Below are positions 1 through 8,998 of a DNA stretch of 41,055 nt, piece by piece. Each line of letters opens with the position of its first letter. Position 1 is the first letter of the stretch. The position numbers were made by a program, and so were the translations under genes. The notes beneath the pieces are model-generated. The model did no database searches, had not been told where the DNA came from, and was given only the letters and a program-made list of their open reading frames with translations. The stretch covers positions 1 to 41,055 of the forward strand of contig JBQTHX010000019.1 in NCBI GenBank assembly GCA_052389415.1, written 5' to 3'. Source of the stretch: Nitrosopumilaceae archaeon. Lineage in GTDB: Archaea > Thermoproteota > Nitrososphaeria > Nitrososphaerales > Nitrosopumilaceae.

Positions 1-129
1 TTTTTAGATATTTAATTAGAAAGTAAAAATACTGATTAGATGCTTTTTATTTTAGAATTGTTTAGCAAAAATTAGATTAAATTCAAATTTAATCAAAGCC
101 TATTAACGCTGTAAACTATACCTGCAGTA

Positions 130-918
130 ATGACGACAAATGCAAGCAAAATCATGATAGTGACAATTGCAGCTATCGCAATCATTGCAAGCTCAGCTGT
201 TGCTAACATGCAGACATCTGAAAATCAGGCTTTTGCTCAACAAGTCATACCAGCTTCAAGAGAAAAAACAATCTCTGTAACTGGTATGGCATCAACATCA
301 GTCGATCCTGATCTCTTAAACATACAATTTGGCGTAGAAACACAAGCAAAAACTGCAAGTGAAGCAATTAATGCAAACAATGAATTAATGAATCAAGTTG
401 TTGAAGCAATCAAAATGCTGGGAATTACAGACGATGAGATACACACCTCCAGCTTTAGCATATATCCTATCTACGACAGCATAACTGATCCAAAAACAGG
501 AATATACATTAGATCAGATCTGACAGGTTATAGGGTTTCTAACATCTTATCAGTAAAAACTGATAACCTGACCATGGGCGGTGACCTCATAGATGCAGCC
601 GTTCAAGCTGGCGCAAATAGGGTGGACAGTGTGCACTTCTCACTTTCGCCTGATAGACAACTATCTGTGCAAGATGAACTTATTGGAAAAGCAGTAACTA
701 ACGCAAAATCAAAGGCTGAATTAGCTCTGCAACCTCTAGGGCAGAAGATAATCGGAGTAAAGTTGGTATCGCTAACAGACTTTGGTTTTCCTCCTCCGCC
801 GATTCCTTACTATTCGTATGGAGATGCGGTTCTTGAAAAGTCAGCAGCGCCTATTTTCCAGTCTACACAAGATGTGACAACTACAGCAAACGTAATCTTT
901 TTGATTGGAGAAAATTAG
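130..918 (+). CDS. SIMPL (DUF541) domain secreted protein
   Basis: N-terminal hydrophobic signal segment; SIMPL-typical motifs ISVTG..S.DPD, GYRVSNILSV, IDAAVQAGAN.V, AV.NAK.KAE. Confidence 0.88.
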   Translation: MTTNASKIMIVTIAAIAIIASSAVANMQTSENQAFAQQVIPASREKTISVTGMASTSVDPDLLNIQFGVETQAKTASEAINANNELMNQVVEAIKMLGITDDEIHTSSFSIYPIYDSITDPKTGIYIRSDLTGYRVSNILSVKTDNLTMGGDLIDAAVQAGANRVDSVHFSLSPDRQLSVQDELIGKAVTNAKSKAELALQPLGQKIIGVKLVSLTDFGFPPPPIPYYSYGDAVLEKSAAPIFQSTQDVTTTANVIFLIGEN

Positions 919-1062
919 CTCCATTCCATCTTTTTTATTTTTACTAGATAACTATTGATAAATGAAATTATTTCGAGTGCTGGGAACATAAAAGATGCCT
1001 CGTATCCCCGGCCATAATTTTTGTTAGGTATTTTAACTGAGTGTGTTATTAACAATGTTAAA

Positions 1063-1317
1063 TTGGATGCAATGCTTGAAGAAGAAATGATAGATCTGTT
1101 GACATTTTGTATACAAAATGATCCTGATGCAAAAAAGAACCCTGAAAAGAAGTTGCGCGTAAATGAAATAGGAAGGGAATTATTTGCAGATGGCGGAGTA
1201 GACGCTATGGAAAACATGTACTTTGCGATAGAACAGAGAATCACTGAAGAAATAAAAAAGGATCCAACACCTTATCGTGCTTGGTGGAATGATATTACAA
1301 GCGCTTGGAAATACTAG
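1063..1317 (+). CDS. hypothetical small helical protein
   Basis: ORF 1021-1317; in-frame TTG at 1063 lies about 26 nt after a TTTTAA TATA-like box (1031-1036), so taken as the likely start; protein-like composition ending in WW...W.Y. Confidence 0.7.
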   Translation: MDAMLEEEMIDLLTFCIQNDPDAKKNPEKKLRVNEIGRELFADGGVDAMENMYFAIEQRITEEIKKDPTPYRAWWNDITSAWKY

Positions 1318-1382
1318 CCTTTAATCCCATTTATTCAAGATACAATCTCTAGATATGACTAAAGTCCATTAGTTGAACTTGC

Positions 1383-1652
1383 TTATAATTTTTCTACTAT
1401 TTGCTTCAAATGATCTGGCAAGTCTTGAAGCTCTCCAGTATGGCTTGTATTATTCTGCAAAACATCTGTACCAATTCTGCGAACTTGTTGTGTGGCAATC
1501 AAAGTATCTAACATCCTGTCAATCTCTTTTTGTGTAAGGACTCCCTTGAGCTTCTCAATTAAGATGTTCTCTATCTCGAATTTGTTTATTGCGTATTGCA
1601 GCAGGATCATCTTGTCACTTGTAGAGAGTTCTACCATTGAATTCTGAACCAT
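1383..1652 (-). CDS. hypothetical protein (possible winged-helix-like)
   Basis: ORF 1383-1718; the first 22 codons look like translated AT-rich intergenic DNA, so ATG at 1652 (or 1637) is the more likely start; EIDRMLDTLIATQQVRR resembles a wHTH recognition helix/wing (weak). Confidence 0.65.
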   Translation of the reverse strand: MVQNSMVELSTSDKMILLQYAINKFEIENILIEKLKGVLTQKEIDRMLDTLIATQQVRRIGTDVLQNNTSHTGELQDLPDHLKQIVEKL

Positions 1653-1746
1653 TCGTGAAATAAAAAATATTACTAAATTACAAACAAAGTATATACATAA
1701 TATGGGAGATTTCCTCAATCTAAATAGAAATTGAGGTTATTGATGT

Positions 1747-3048
1747 TTGGAACCACTAGTATATTGTGATGCATGTTTTTTCAAGGGAACCCCTAAGCTA
1801 TGTGAAACATACAAAGGAACTTTTACAAAGATATGTTCTGTTCATTTTTCGCAGCAAACTAAAATAGATCGTATCTTAAACAAGGTAAACGCGCGACCAA
1901 AATTAGTAAATCGACGATGGACCTGCATTTTAAACAGATCAGATCGCAAATATTTCCTTGATTCTCTTTGGGGTATAGGAGTTACTGTTCATACTTTAGA
2001 AGATCACGTCAAAGTCTTGAAAAACCTATACAAACCTGAGGTTAGAAAACTAGGCAAATTATCCGAAATAGAGATAGATCCCAATGAAACGTGGCAAGAA
2101 TTTGATCCTCAAAAGCGTGTTTGGAAATCACTTGATGCATCTAACAAAATAACAAAAATTAAACTGGGCACAGTACTAAAAACAACTGATCTTGGAACTG
2201 AAAAATACTTTCGTACAATTACAAGCGATGGAAAAATAATTTTAGTACCAATGGAAAGACGAGCTGCATATAATATAATAGTGACACAACTTGAGCCAAC
2301 AAAAGTAGTATGGCAAACCGAAGCAAAAAACCAATTTGGATTTATTAATCTTGATTATTTGGAAAACCTTCCAGAGGAAATTTTCACTACTCTACTTAGA
2401 TTTCGATCGGACAAAAAAATAATAAAGCACATGAGTTTTGAAGAGGAGGATTATGAATTAATAAGGACGATTCTTGAATCTGCCAAAATTGAACTACAAC
2501 GCACAAATGAAACAATAGATTTGGAAGATGAGAAAAAACCAGAAAATCTAACTATTGATATGGGAAAAATAGAGAAGGATCGAATAGACGCATTTTCTAA
2601 AATGATCATAGAGCTTGGTGGAAAATTGGAGCATGATAATAACTATTTACAGATTACAGGTAAAGTGGATTCGGTTAAGCTGAGTTTCATTCAGGGAGAA
2701 AAAAGTAATCAAGAGGGCCGAGTAATTTCAGTGCCACTAAGTGCGTTAGAGGATCCTTTCCGAATAACTGATCTTCTAGCATTGCTAAGAAAACGACTTG
2801 GGTTATTACCGATGTCTATTGAAAACCTCGTTTGCCGACATTGGCCCATTCTCAAAGACACTGATTTGCAATATACAATACAATCTTTAATAGAATATTG
2901 GAAAATAGACAAGAACTTAGCCTTGAGTGTTATTAATGATACGAAGAAATTTGACAAGATAAATGAATGGAACAATCAGATTAAAACAGGAAAAATAAGG
3001 TCCAATCTTGATACAGTTGTGTTAGGTAAGATCCTAAAAGCCAAATAA
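1747..3048 (+). CDS. hypothetical protein with N-terminal Cys cluster (CDAC-x8-C-x10-C-x2-H)
   Basis: 433-codon ORF; no family recognised. Confidence 0.8.
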   Translation: MEPLVYCDACFFKGTPKLCETYKGTFTKICSVHFSQQTKIDRILNKVNARPKLVNRRWTCILNRSDRKYFLDSLWGIGVTVHTLEDHVKVLKNLYKPEVRKLGKLSEIEIDPNETWQEFDPQKRVWKSLDASNKITKIKLGTVLKTTDLGTEKYFRTITSDGKIILVPMERRAAYNIIVTQLEPTKVVWQTEAKNQFGFINLDYLENLPEEIFTTLLRFRSDKKIIKHMSFEEEDYELIRTILESAKIELQRTNETIDLEDEKKPENLTIDMGKIEKDRIDAFSKMIIELGGKLEHDNNYLQITGKVDSVKLSFIQGEKSNQEGRVISVPLSALEDPFRITDLLALLRKRLGLLPMSIENLVCRHWPILKDTDLQYTIQSLIEYWKIDKNLALSVINDTKKFDKINEWNNQIKTGKIRSNLDTVVLGKILKAK

Positions 3049-3148
3049 CAGTGCTCTGATTCTGGAATAAAATGAGATTTTCATTACTTGGAATCCATTA
3101 GATTTACATCAATTGATTATTATTGATATGTATATCAATATTTGATAG

Positions 3149-3604
3149 TTGGAAAAAGGTAATGTGTTTAATATGAAATCAGATAAAAAACTAATGCAAA
3201 GGACAAAAAATTACTTTGTTGGACAGGTCATGATTAAAGACATTTCCAAAATTATTCGATCAAAGGAAGAGAAAATATACCACGTGACTTTCAAAAAAGG
3301 TGCAAGGACAAAAATTCATTATCATCAAGCAGGTCAGACCCTAATTCCTACAGGTGGTAGGGGCGTGCTTGAGATATTTTCTACTAAAAATAATGGTTCT
3401 ACTATTAAAATCAATAAAACACAAAAACTCGATCTTGTACAAGGCGATGCTGTATACATATCTGCACATAAACTTCATTGGCATGGTGCTAAAGGAAAAA
3501 AAGATTTTTCTCACATTGCTATTAATGCAAAATTACCTGGATACAAAGAATCAAAAACAATTTGGTACGATTCGGATTTTAAAACATTTGCTAAAAAAAT
3601 ATAG
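3149..3604 (+). CDS. cupin domain protein
   Basis: Cupin motifs VTFKKGARTKIHYH..GQTL and GDAVYI.A...HWHGA. Confidence 0.88.
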   Translation: MEKGNVFNMKSDKKLMQRTKNYFVGQVMIKDISKIIRSKEEKIYHVTFKKGARTKIHYHQAGQTLIPTGGRGVLEIFSTKNNGSTIKINKTQKLDLVQGDAVYISAHKLHWHGAKGKKDFSHIAINAKLPGYKESKTIWYDSDFKTFAKKI

Positions 3605-3641
3605 TTAGGTATAAGTAGTCTGCTAAAACCAGTTCATATTG

Positions 3642-4058
3642 ATGGCTGAAGCTAAATTTAGAGAAAACAAGCTGCATGATATTGTTCATCTTGGAGTCCG
3701 AGCAGTTGTTGGAACTATATTTATTGCTCATAGCTTAGGAAAATTTAATCCTGGATTTGTTGGATTTTTGAACCAAATTGGAATTCCGGCAGAAATGCAG
3801 TTTTTACTTGCATTGGCCGAATTTGTACCTGGAATTCTCTTAATTATAGGAATCCTAACAAGAATTTCTTCTTCTATACTATCTATAGTCATGCTTGGTG
3901 CTATCTTTCATGTAAAACATGCTACAAACTTGACAGGGCAAGGAGGTTTTGAACTAGAACTCTTGTTATTGGTTAGTGTTCTTTCGATCATTGTTGCAGG
4001 ACCAGGAAGAGTTTCAGTATCACATGTTATTAAAAAAGTTCCTAGATTCCTACACTAA
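3642..4058 (+). CDS. DoxX family membrane protein
   Basis: R.VVG.IFIAH...K, AEFVPGILLIIGILTR, GFELELLL...GPG..S motifs; about four TM segments. Confidence 0.9.
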   Translation: MAEAKFRENKLHDIVHLGVRAVVGTIFIAHSLGKFNPGFVGFLNQIGIPAEMQFLLALAEFVPGILLIIGILTRISSSILSIVMLGAIFHVKHATNLTGQGGFELELLLLVSVLSIIVAGPGRVSVSHVIKKVPRFLH

Positions 4059-4061
4059 TTC

Positions 4062-4193
4062 TCAAGGAAGATCGGAGTTTGTTGTGACGCAATATTTGTG
4101 GACCCATTTTCCTTTTTGATCTTTAGCAATTTCCTTTCCAATCTTTATCTGATCTCCACACGATGTACATGAAGTGTTAAATTTTGCTTTCAT
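4062..4193 (-). CDS. 43-aa putative zinc-finger microprotein (not in ORF track)
   Basis: Manual translation MKAKFNTSCTSCGDQIKIGKEIAKDQKEKWVHKYCVTTNSDLP*; CxxC...HxxC; fills the gap convergent with DoxX. Confidence 0.75.
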   Translation of the reverse strand: MKAKFNTSCTSCGDQIKIGKEIAKDQKGKWVHKYCVTTNSDLP

Positions 4194-4367
4194 AGCATAT
4201 TGAGTACAAAACAATGTAAAAATACTTGGATTTAATTGACATTAACCATTGGTTAGCTCTTGATATTCTAAATGATTGTAATTCTTTACCGACACAAGGT
4301 TTCAACCAAAGATTTTTTCATATATGCCTATTCTTGAATCTAAATGCATGAATCTAATTTAAGGTAT

Positions 4368-4886
4368 CTAAGATGTGTTAATTTCAAAAAAATCCTTGAC
4401 TGATTTTGAATCATGATCTTCCACATTTTCTTCAATTGTTTCTATGACGGAATGATACGATTTTCCAAATAATTCTTTTAACGCATCAACTAGATACTCG
4501 CGATTGTCATAACAGTCTATTAAATAACAATTGTATTTTGAATAAATGTTATAACATACTTGTTCTAAGACAGGCTTACCCATTCTTTCTAAAGCCTTTG
4601 CAATAGAAATAATTACGTCATTTTTTTCAGATTCCGATGTCACTTTATTTTTTATTATTGATGTTGGCTTTGGATTTTTGTTTATTTTTCTATATTTTTC
4701 AAACCATGTATCAGGAGGAGTTGGAAAAAGTCGTAAAATATCTAATTCATACTTACAATTCTGATGTATGATTTCTTCTGTTGTATTTTTACATGTTTTA
4801 CATACTAGTTGAGTGGGTTCTCTACAAATGATACAGTTTACATTACTTAGTAAAAATTCCCCGCATTTTCTACACAATTCAGTCAT
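4368..4886 (-). CDS. Cys-rich Zn-binding N-terminus fused to a NitrOD5-like (Nitrosopumilus output domain) C-terminus
   Basis: Three CxxC pairs plus HxxC at the N-terminus; C-terminal SI.KAL..MG.PV...V...YNCYL.DC....EYL..ALKELFG..Y..VI..I matches my recollection of NitrOD5. Confidence 0.65.
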   Translation of the reverse strand: MTELCRKCGEFLLSNVNCIICREPTQLVCKTCKNTTEEIIHQNCKYELDILRLFPTPPDTWFEKYRKINKNPKPTSIIKNKVTSESEKNDVIISIAKALERMGKPVLEQVCYNIYSKYNCYLIDCYDNREYLVDALKELFGKSYHSVIETIEENVEDHDSKSVKDFFEINTS

Positions 4887-5234
4887 TTGTTAATCTTGTT
4901 TTCTATTCTACATTTCATAAAGCCAACTTTCCCAAAATGCAAATATTCAGCTTGTTTATAGAATTGGATTATTATCACTTCGTTGTATTATCTATGTTGA
5001 TGAAAATAGGTGGTGTAATGCATGCACAAAATTGAGATTGAAGGCGGAAGTGGTGGAACTGTTATTTGAAAAAATAACCCGAATGACATGTATCATTTTT
5101 TCAATGAACCATTAGATAGCCGGACGATTGAACTCCAAACGGTATTAATTTTATTGTATTCACTTATCTATTAGTGTAAACTATTAGCTAGGTTGCTAAC
5201 TAATACTAATAACTGCACTTGTGTGAATGAAAAC

Positions 5235-5360
5235 ATGAGCAAGAGAATGATAGAATGTGAGAGCTGTGGCTCTAAAAATGCATATGTTATCCTTGATCAA
5301 AAATATCACGGCTATCGTGGTGTGTGTCCTGATTGCGAAACAAACTGGCCTGAATCGTAG
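5235..5360 (+). CDS. 41-aa zinc-ribbon microprotein (not in ORF track)
   Basis: Manual translation MSKRMIECESCGSKNAYVILDQKYHGYRGVCPDCETNWPES*; two CxxC knuckles; directly upstream of the HTH regulator. Confidence 0.78.
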   Translation: MSKRMIECESCGSKNAYVILDQKYHGYRGVCPDCETNWPES

Positions 5361-5400
5361 TTTACATAATCTTTAGATTCACTGCTTTCAATACTAGCAT

Positions 5401-6195
5401 GTGCGTCCCAAGGAAATAGCACACGATTTTTTGGAGTTTGCAGGCGAACAAAGACTCGAAATAATGCTTCGGCTTTACATAAAAAAATACAAAATTTCTG
5501 TTATTGCTAAAGAGTTAGACGCTACTGTACCTGAGGTATTTAGAAATTTTGATAGGCTTGTAAAAGCAGATTTGATTGAGAAGGAAGCAGATGGAAGCTA
5601 TCGTCTTACGACATATGGTAGAACAATATGTACACAAATCTCATCTTTTGCATTTGTATCGGAAAATAAACAGTATTTCAAAAATCATGATTTTGGTGAT
5701 TTGCCACAAAAATATATTCATAGAATTGGCGCGTTAGAAAAAAGTCAATACATCAAAGGATACACCAAAGTTTTGGAACTTTGGAAAAATATCATTACAA
5801 ATGCAACTGAATACATTTATGGCATCTTGTTAGAGGAACCACTCGATCTTATTGAACCAATTGCTAGTAAAGCGAAAAAGGGCGTTAAAATAAATTCTAT
5901 TTTCTCTGAATCTACAATTGTTCCAAAAGGAAGAAAACAACTAATTGAAAAACTTGATTTTAAAACATTGACCAAAAATGGTCTAGTTGAGAAAAAAATG
6001 AGAAAAGATGTTAAAATAGGTGTATTTTTGAACGAAATTGAGGCATGTGTAATGTTTCCTACAGTAGCTGGTGAAACCGATATTGGTTCCATGTTTTATA
6101 GTGATGATGATTCCTTTCATGAATGGTGCCTTGATTATTTTAGATATTCTTGGTATGGTTCAGACGTCTTCAAGGAAAACAAACTCAAAGAATAG
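5401..6195 (+). CDS. wHTH transcriptional regulator (ArsR-like N-terminus, DUF1724/FilR1-like C-terminus)
   Basis: RLEIM..L......IS.IAKELD.T..EV.R...RL..ADLIEK..DG.Y.LT.YG; HDF..LP...I.RIG.L; C-terminal F..WC.DYF...W. Confidence 0.85.
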   Translation: MRPKEIAHDFLEFAGEQRLEIMLRLYIKKYKISVIAKELDATVPEVFRNFDRLVKADLIEKEADGSYRLTTYGRTICTQISSFAFVSENKQYFKNHDFGDLPQKYIHRIGALEKSQYIKGYTKVLELWKNIITNATEYIYGILLEEPLDLIEPIASKAKKGVKINSIFSESTIVPKGRKQLIEKLDFKTLTKNGLVEKKMRKDVKIGVFLNEIEACVMFPTVAGETDIGSMFYSDDDSFHEWCLDYFRYSWYGSDVFKENKLKE

Positions 6196-6245
6196 AACAA
6201 AGATTTTTTAGAGTAAACTTTTGATGAATTCACACTCAAAGAAAA

Positions 6246-7163
6246 ATGAAATCCATAAACTTCACTCTGCTTGGAGATGAATCAATTGCAAAAGAATTTG
6301 GTAAAAAAGGAACAACCACAGACATCACGATATATGATAAAAAAGACCCACAATTTGTCAAGACTTGGACATTGCCTACTGGGTTTCCAGAAAAAATTCA
6401 ACCGCTTTTTCAAGCCATAAACATAGGAGAATATGTCATATTTCATGTGACAAAGTTAGACAAATTCACAGGAGAACAAATAGTTGCATTAGACAGTTTA
6501 AAAAAAAATCAGGGTTTGTTGAGTCATTCCTATGAAGTTGATAGAAATAAACTTCTTACTATGATAAAAGGAACTGTAGTAGATCAATACAAACTAGTTG
6601 AATTGACAAATTTAAAAAAAGAATTAGAATTATTGCAACCAATATCAAAAGATGGTAATGTCAAGATTGTAATAGATCATTGTTTTGATGTAAAGGGCGT
6701 TGGAACTGTAATTCTTGGAAAAGTAGTTCAAGGTAAAGTAAAGACATATGATAATCTCAAATTGCTGCCAGAAGGTTTGGATGTTGTCGTAAAATCAATT
6801 CAAATGCATGATGATACTGTGGACCAAGCCATGTCTCCTGCTCGGGTGGGTCTTTCAGTAAAAGGAATAACTCCCGATGATGTTCAAAGAGGGGACGTTT
6901 TATGCGTGCCTGATTCTATTGAAACTGGTCAAGAAATAGCTCTGGATTATCGTCAAAGTTCTTTTTTCAAAGCAGATCTTGCTGTAAACCAAATGTTTCT
7001 GATAAATATAGGAATGCAAATCAGACCCGCAAAGATAATCTCATTAAGTCCATTCAAACTGTCATTAGGAAAATCTGTTGTATTTGAAAAAGGTGAGATC
7101 TGTGTTATTCTTAAACCAGAATCACAAACAATTAGAATAGTTGGTAGTGGCAAAATAATCTAG
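6246..7163 (+). CDS. archaeal SelB-like / EF-Tu domain-2 protein with degenerate G-domain
   Basis: IDHCFDVKGVGTVILG, VKSIQMHD, RVGLSVKG, V.RGDVL and C-terminal RIVGSG; no intact GxxxxGK[ST] P-loop. Confidence 0.85.
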   Translation: MKSINFTLLGDESIAKEFGKKGTTTDITIYDKKDPQFVKTWTLPTGFPEKIQPLFQAINIGEYVIFHVTKLDKFTGEQIVALDSLKKNQGLLSHSYEVDRNKLLTMIKGTVVDQYKLVELTNLKKELELLQPISKDGNVKIVIDHCFDVKGVGTVILGKVVQGKVKTYDNLKLLPEGLDVVVKSIQMHDDTVDQAMSPARVGLSVKGITPDDVQRGDVLCVPDSIETGQEIALDYRQSSFFKADLAVNQMFLINIGMQIRPAKIISLSPFKLSLGKSVVFEKGEICVILKPESQTIRIVGSGKII

Positions 7164-7207
7164 GTTAAATTGGAGCATCTTTCTTTCATTTTTATGGTAA
7201 GATCTTA

Positions 7208-7765
7208 ATGAGACTTGTTATTGGAATTACAGGAAGTACTGGAATAATATACGGGGTAAAAATGCTCGAGGCACTAAAGGGATTGAGAATTGAAACTCAC
7301 TTGATCATTTCAGAATGGGCAAAAAAATGTCTAGTCTTAGAAACAAAATATGATCTAAAATACTTAAAATCACTAGTAGAAAGTTATTCAGATGATTCTA
7401 ACTTGGCGGCAAGCGTATCTAGTGGCACATACAAAACTGATGGAATGATTGTCATACCTTGCAGCATGAAGACTCTATCTGCTGTAGCAAATGGTTATGA
7501 TGAAACTCTTGTGGCAAGAGCCGCAGATGTGACAATAAAAGAATCAAGAAAACTAGTTCTAGTCACAAGAGAGACTCCATTTAGTAGTATTCACTTGGAG
7601 AATATGTTAAAACTTGCAAGACTAGGAGTTACAATCCTTCCTCCCATTCCAGGTTTTTATAATAAACCAAAAACAATAGATGACTTGGTAGACCATACTG
7701 TAGGAAAATGTCTTGACCAATTCAACATCGAGCATAATCTATTCAAGAGATGGAAAACCACATAA
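7208..7765 (+). CDS. ubiX: flavin prenyltransferase UbiX
   Basis: VIGITGSTGIIYG, ASVSSG, IPCSMKTLS, RAADVTIKE.RKLVLV.RETP, PGFY.KP. Confidence 0.95.
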   Translation: MRLVIGITGSTGIIYGVKMLEALKGLRIETHLIISEWAKKCLVLETKYDLKYLKSLVESYSDDSNLAASVSSGTYKTDGMIVIPCSMKTLSAVANGYDETLVARAADVTIKESRKLVLVTRETPFSSIHLENMLKLARLGVTILPPIPGFYNKPKTIDDLVDHTVGKCLDQFNIEHNLFKRWKTT

Positions 7766-7794
7766 CAAAAATAAATACATGATGGATTAAAAAC

Positions 7795-7917
7795 ATGGCA
7801 AATCTAGACATTACGGCATTTGTTGTTTGGTCTGCAATAACTTCAATATTTCTTACGGTTGTATTTCTGGTTTATAGAAAATTCAAGATGAAAAAAAATG
7901 CAACACCTTCACATTGA
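7795..7917 (+). CDS. 40-aa single-pass membrane microprotein (not in ORF track)
   Basis: Manual translation MANLDITAFVVWSAITSIFLTVVFLVYRKFKMKKNATPSH*; one TM helix followed by a basic cluster; overlaps the DUF99 start. Confidence 0.6.
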   Translation: MANLDITAFVVWSAITSIFLTVVFLVYRKFKMKKNATPSH

Positions 7918-8458
7918 AAAAAAAGGACTAAGAGGCCTGGCTATCGCAGAGAGTTTCAAGGAAAACGAAAAGATGTCTCATCTAGCTGGGGTCGTGATGC
8001 GACGGGATTTCATTATAGATGGTTTTGTATTTGGGTATAGTACGATAGAAGGAAATGATGCAACTGAAGCCATTTTACTAATGCATCAAAAATTGAATCG
8101 TGATGATATTAGCTTTGTAATGATTTCGGGTCTTATAATTTCGATGTACAATATTGTTGATATAAAGAAAATCTGGGATAAATTAAGAATTCCGATAATT
8201 GGAGTTACGTATGAAGATTCGAAAGGAATTGAAGATTCCATAAAACGTCATTTTCCTGATTCTTATATATCAAAACTTGAAGAATATCATAAATTGGGAG
8301 AAAGAACTAGAATTACTCTTAATACAAAATATGACGTATTTGTAAGAATGGAAGGGTGCACGATTCTAGAAACAAAAAATCTTTTAAATGCTCTGACCCT
8401 TCAAGGTGGTGTCCCAGAACCTCTCAGAGTGGCACAAATGTTGGCAAAAACCAAATAA
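7898..8458 (+). CDS. DUF99 family (endonuclease V-like fold) protein
   Basis: AGVVMR.D..IDG, G.DAT..I, YNIVDI..I...L.IP.I.V, VPEPLRVA. Confidence 0.88.
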   Translation: MQHLHIEKKGLRGLAIAESFKENEKMSHLAGVVMRRDFIIDGFVFGYSTIEGNDATEAILLMHQKLNRDDISFVMISGLIISMYNIVDIKKIWDKLRIPIIGVTYEDSKGIEDSIKRHFPDSYISKLEEYHKLGERTRITLNTKYDVFVRMEGCTILETKNLLNALTLQGGVPEPLRVAQMLAKTK

Positions 8459-8461
8459 TGA

Positions 8462-8848
8462 CTATCTTCTTTCTTCTTGCTTTAACATCCATTTTGTATT
8501 TTTTATTCGTGGTGCAGCAAATTCTAGATGACCAATTATTCTGTCGCCTTTTCTAACTAAGGCAAATTCTGATTTCTCAGCTCTTAGCAAGATAAGTTTT
8601 GATTTGTAAGCGCCTTCGATTACTCTAATTTTGAAACGTTTACTTGCTTTAACGACAAGCTCTCGTGCTGCCTTGACATCACCAATCCATGAAAACATTT
8701 CAAATGGACCAAAGTTTTTAGTTTCTATTTCATAATCATATAGTCTTGCTTCAAATTTCCAGTTTTTCTTTCTAGCCTCCTCATTAATGAATTCAATAAC
8801 CTGCACTCCATATCCTTTTTCTATGCCAAAAGTTTCAGAGCTTGCCAT
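8462..8848 (-). CDS. hypothetical protein
   Basis: 128-codon ATG ORF filling the gap between DUF99 and nre; no family recognised. Confidence 0.75.
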   Translation of the reverse strand: MASSETFGIEKGYGVQVIEFINEEARKKNWKFEARLYDYEIETKNFGPFEMFSWIGDVKAARELVVKASKRFKIRVIEGAYKSKLILLRAEKSEFALVRKGDRIIGHLEFAAPRIKNTKWMLKQEERR

Positions 8849-8998
8849 CGGTATTTCTTTTCATATGTGTGAACCTATTAAATTAATTTGAATCTTAATT
8901 CAATGTTGCATGTGATTCTTCATCATAAAGGAAATAACCCCGAGGTTAATGCTGAATAATTCTACAAGATTATTACACACGATAGAGTATGGATATTG

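Noticed and set aside
4921-5115. Stop-free + strand frame with a CNAC motif in the long intergenic gap
   Set aside because: No ATG/GTG/TTG start upstream of the motif and no recognisable family.
5184-5199. TTAGC-N6-GCTAA palindrome upstream of the Zn-ribbon/HTH genes as an operator
   Set aside because: 5-bp arms in AT-rich DNA with no second copy seen; too weak to call without comparative data.
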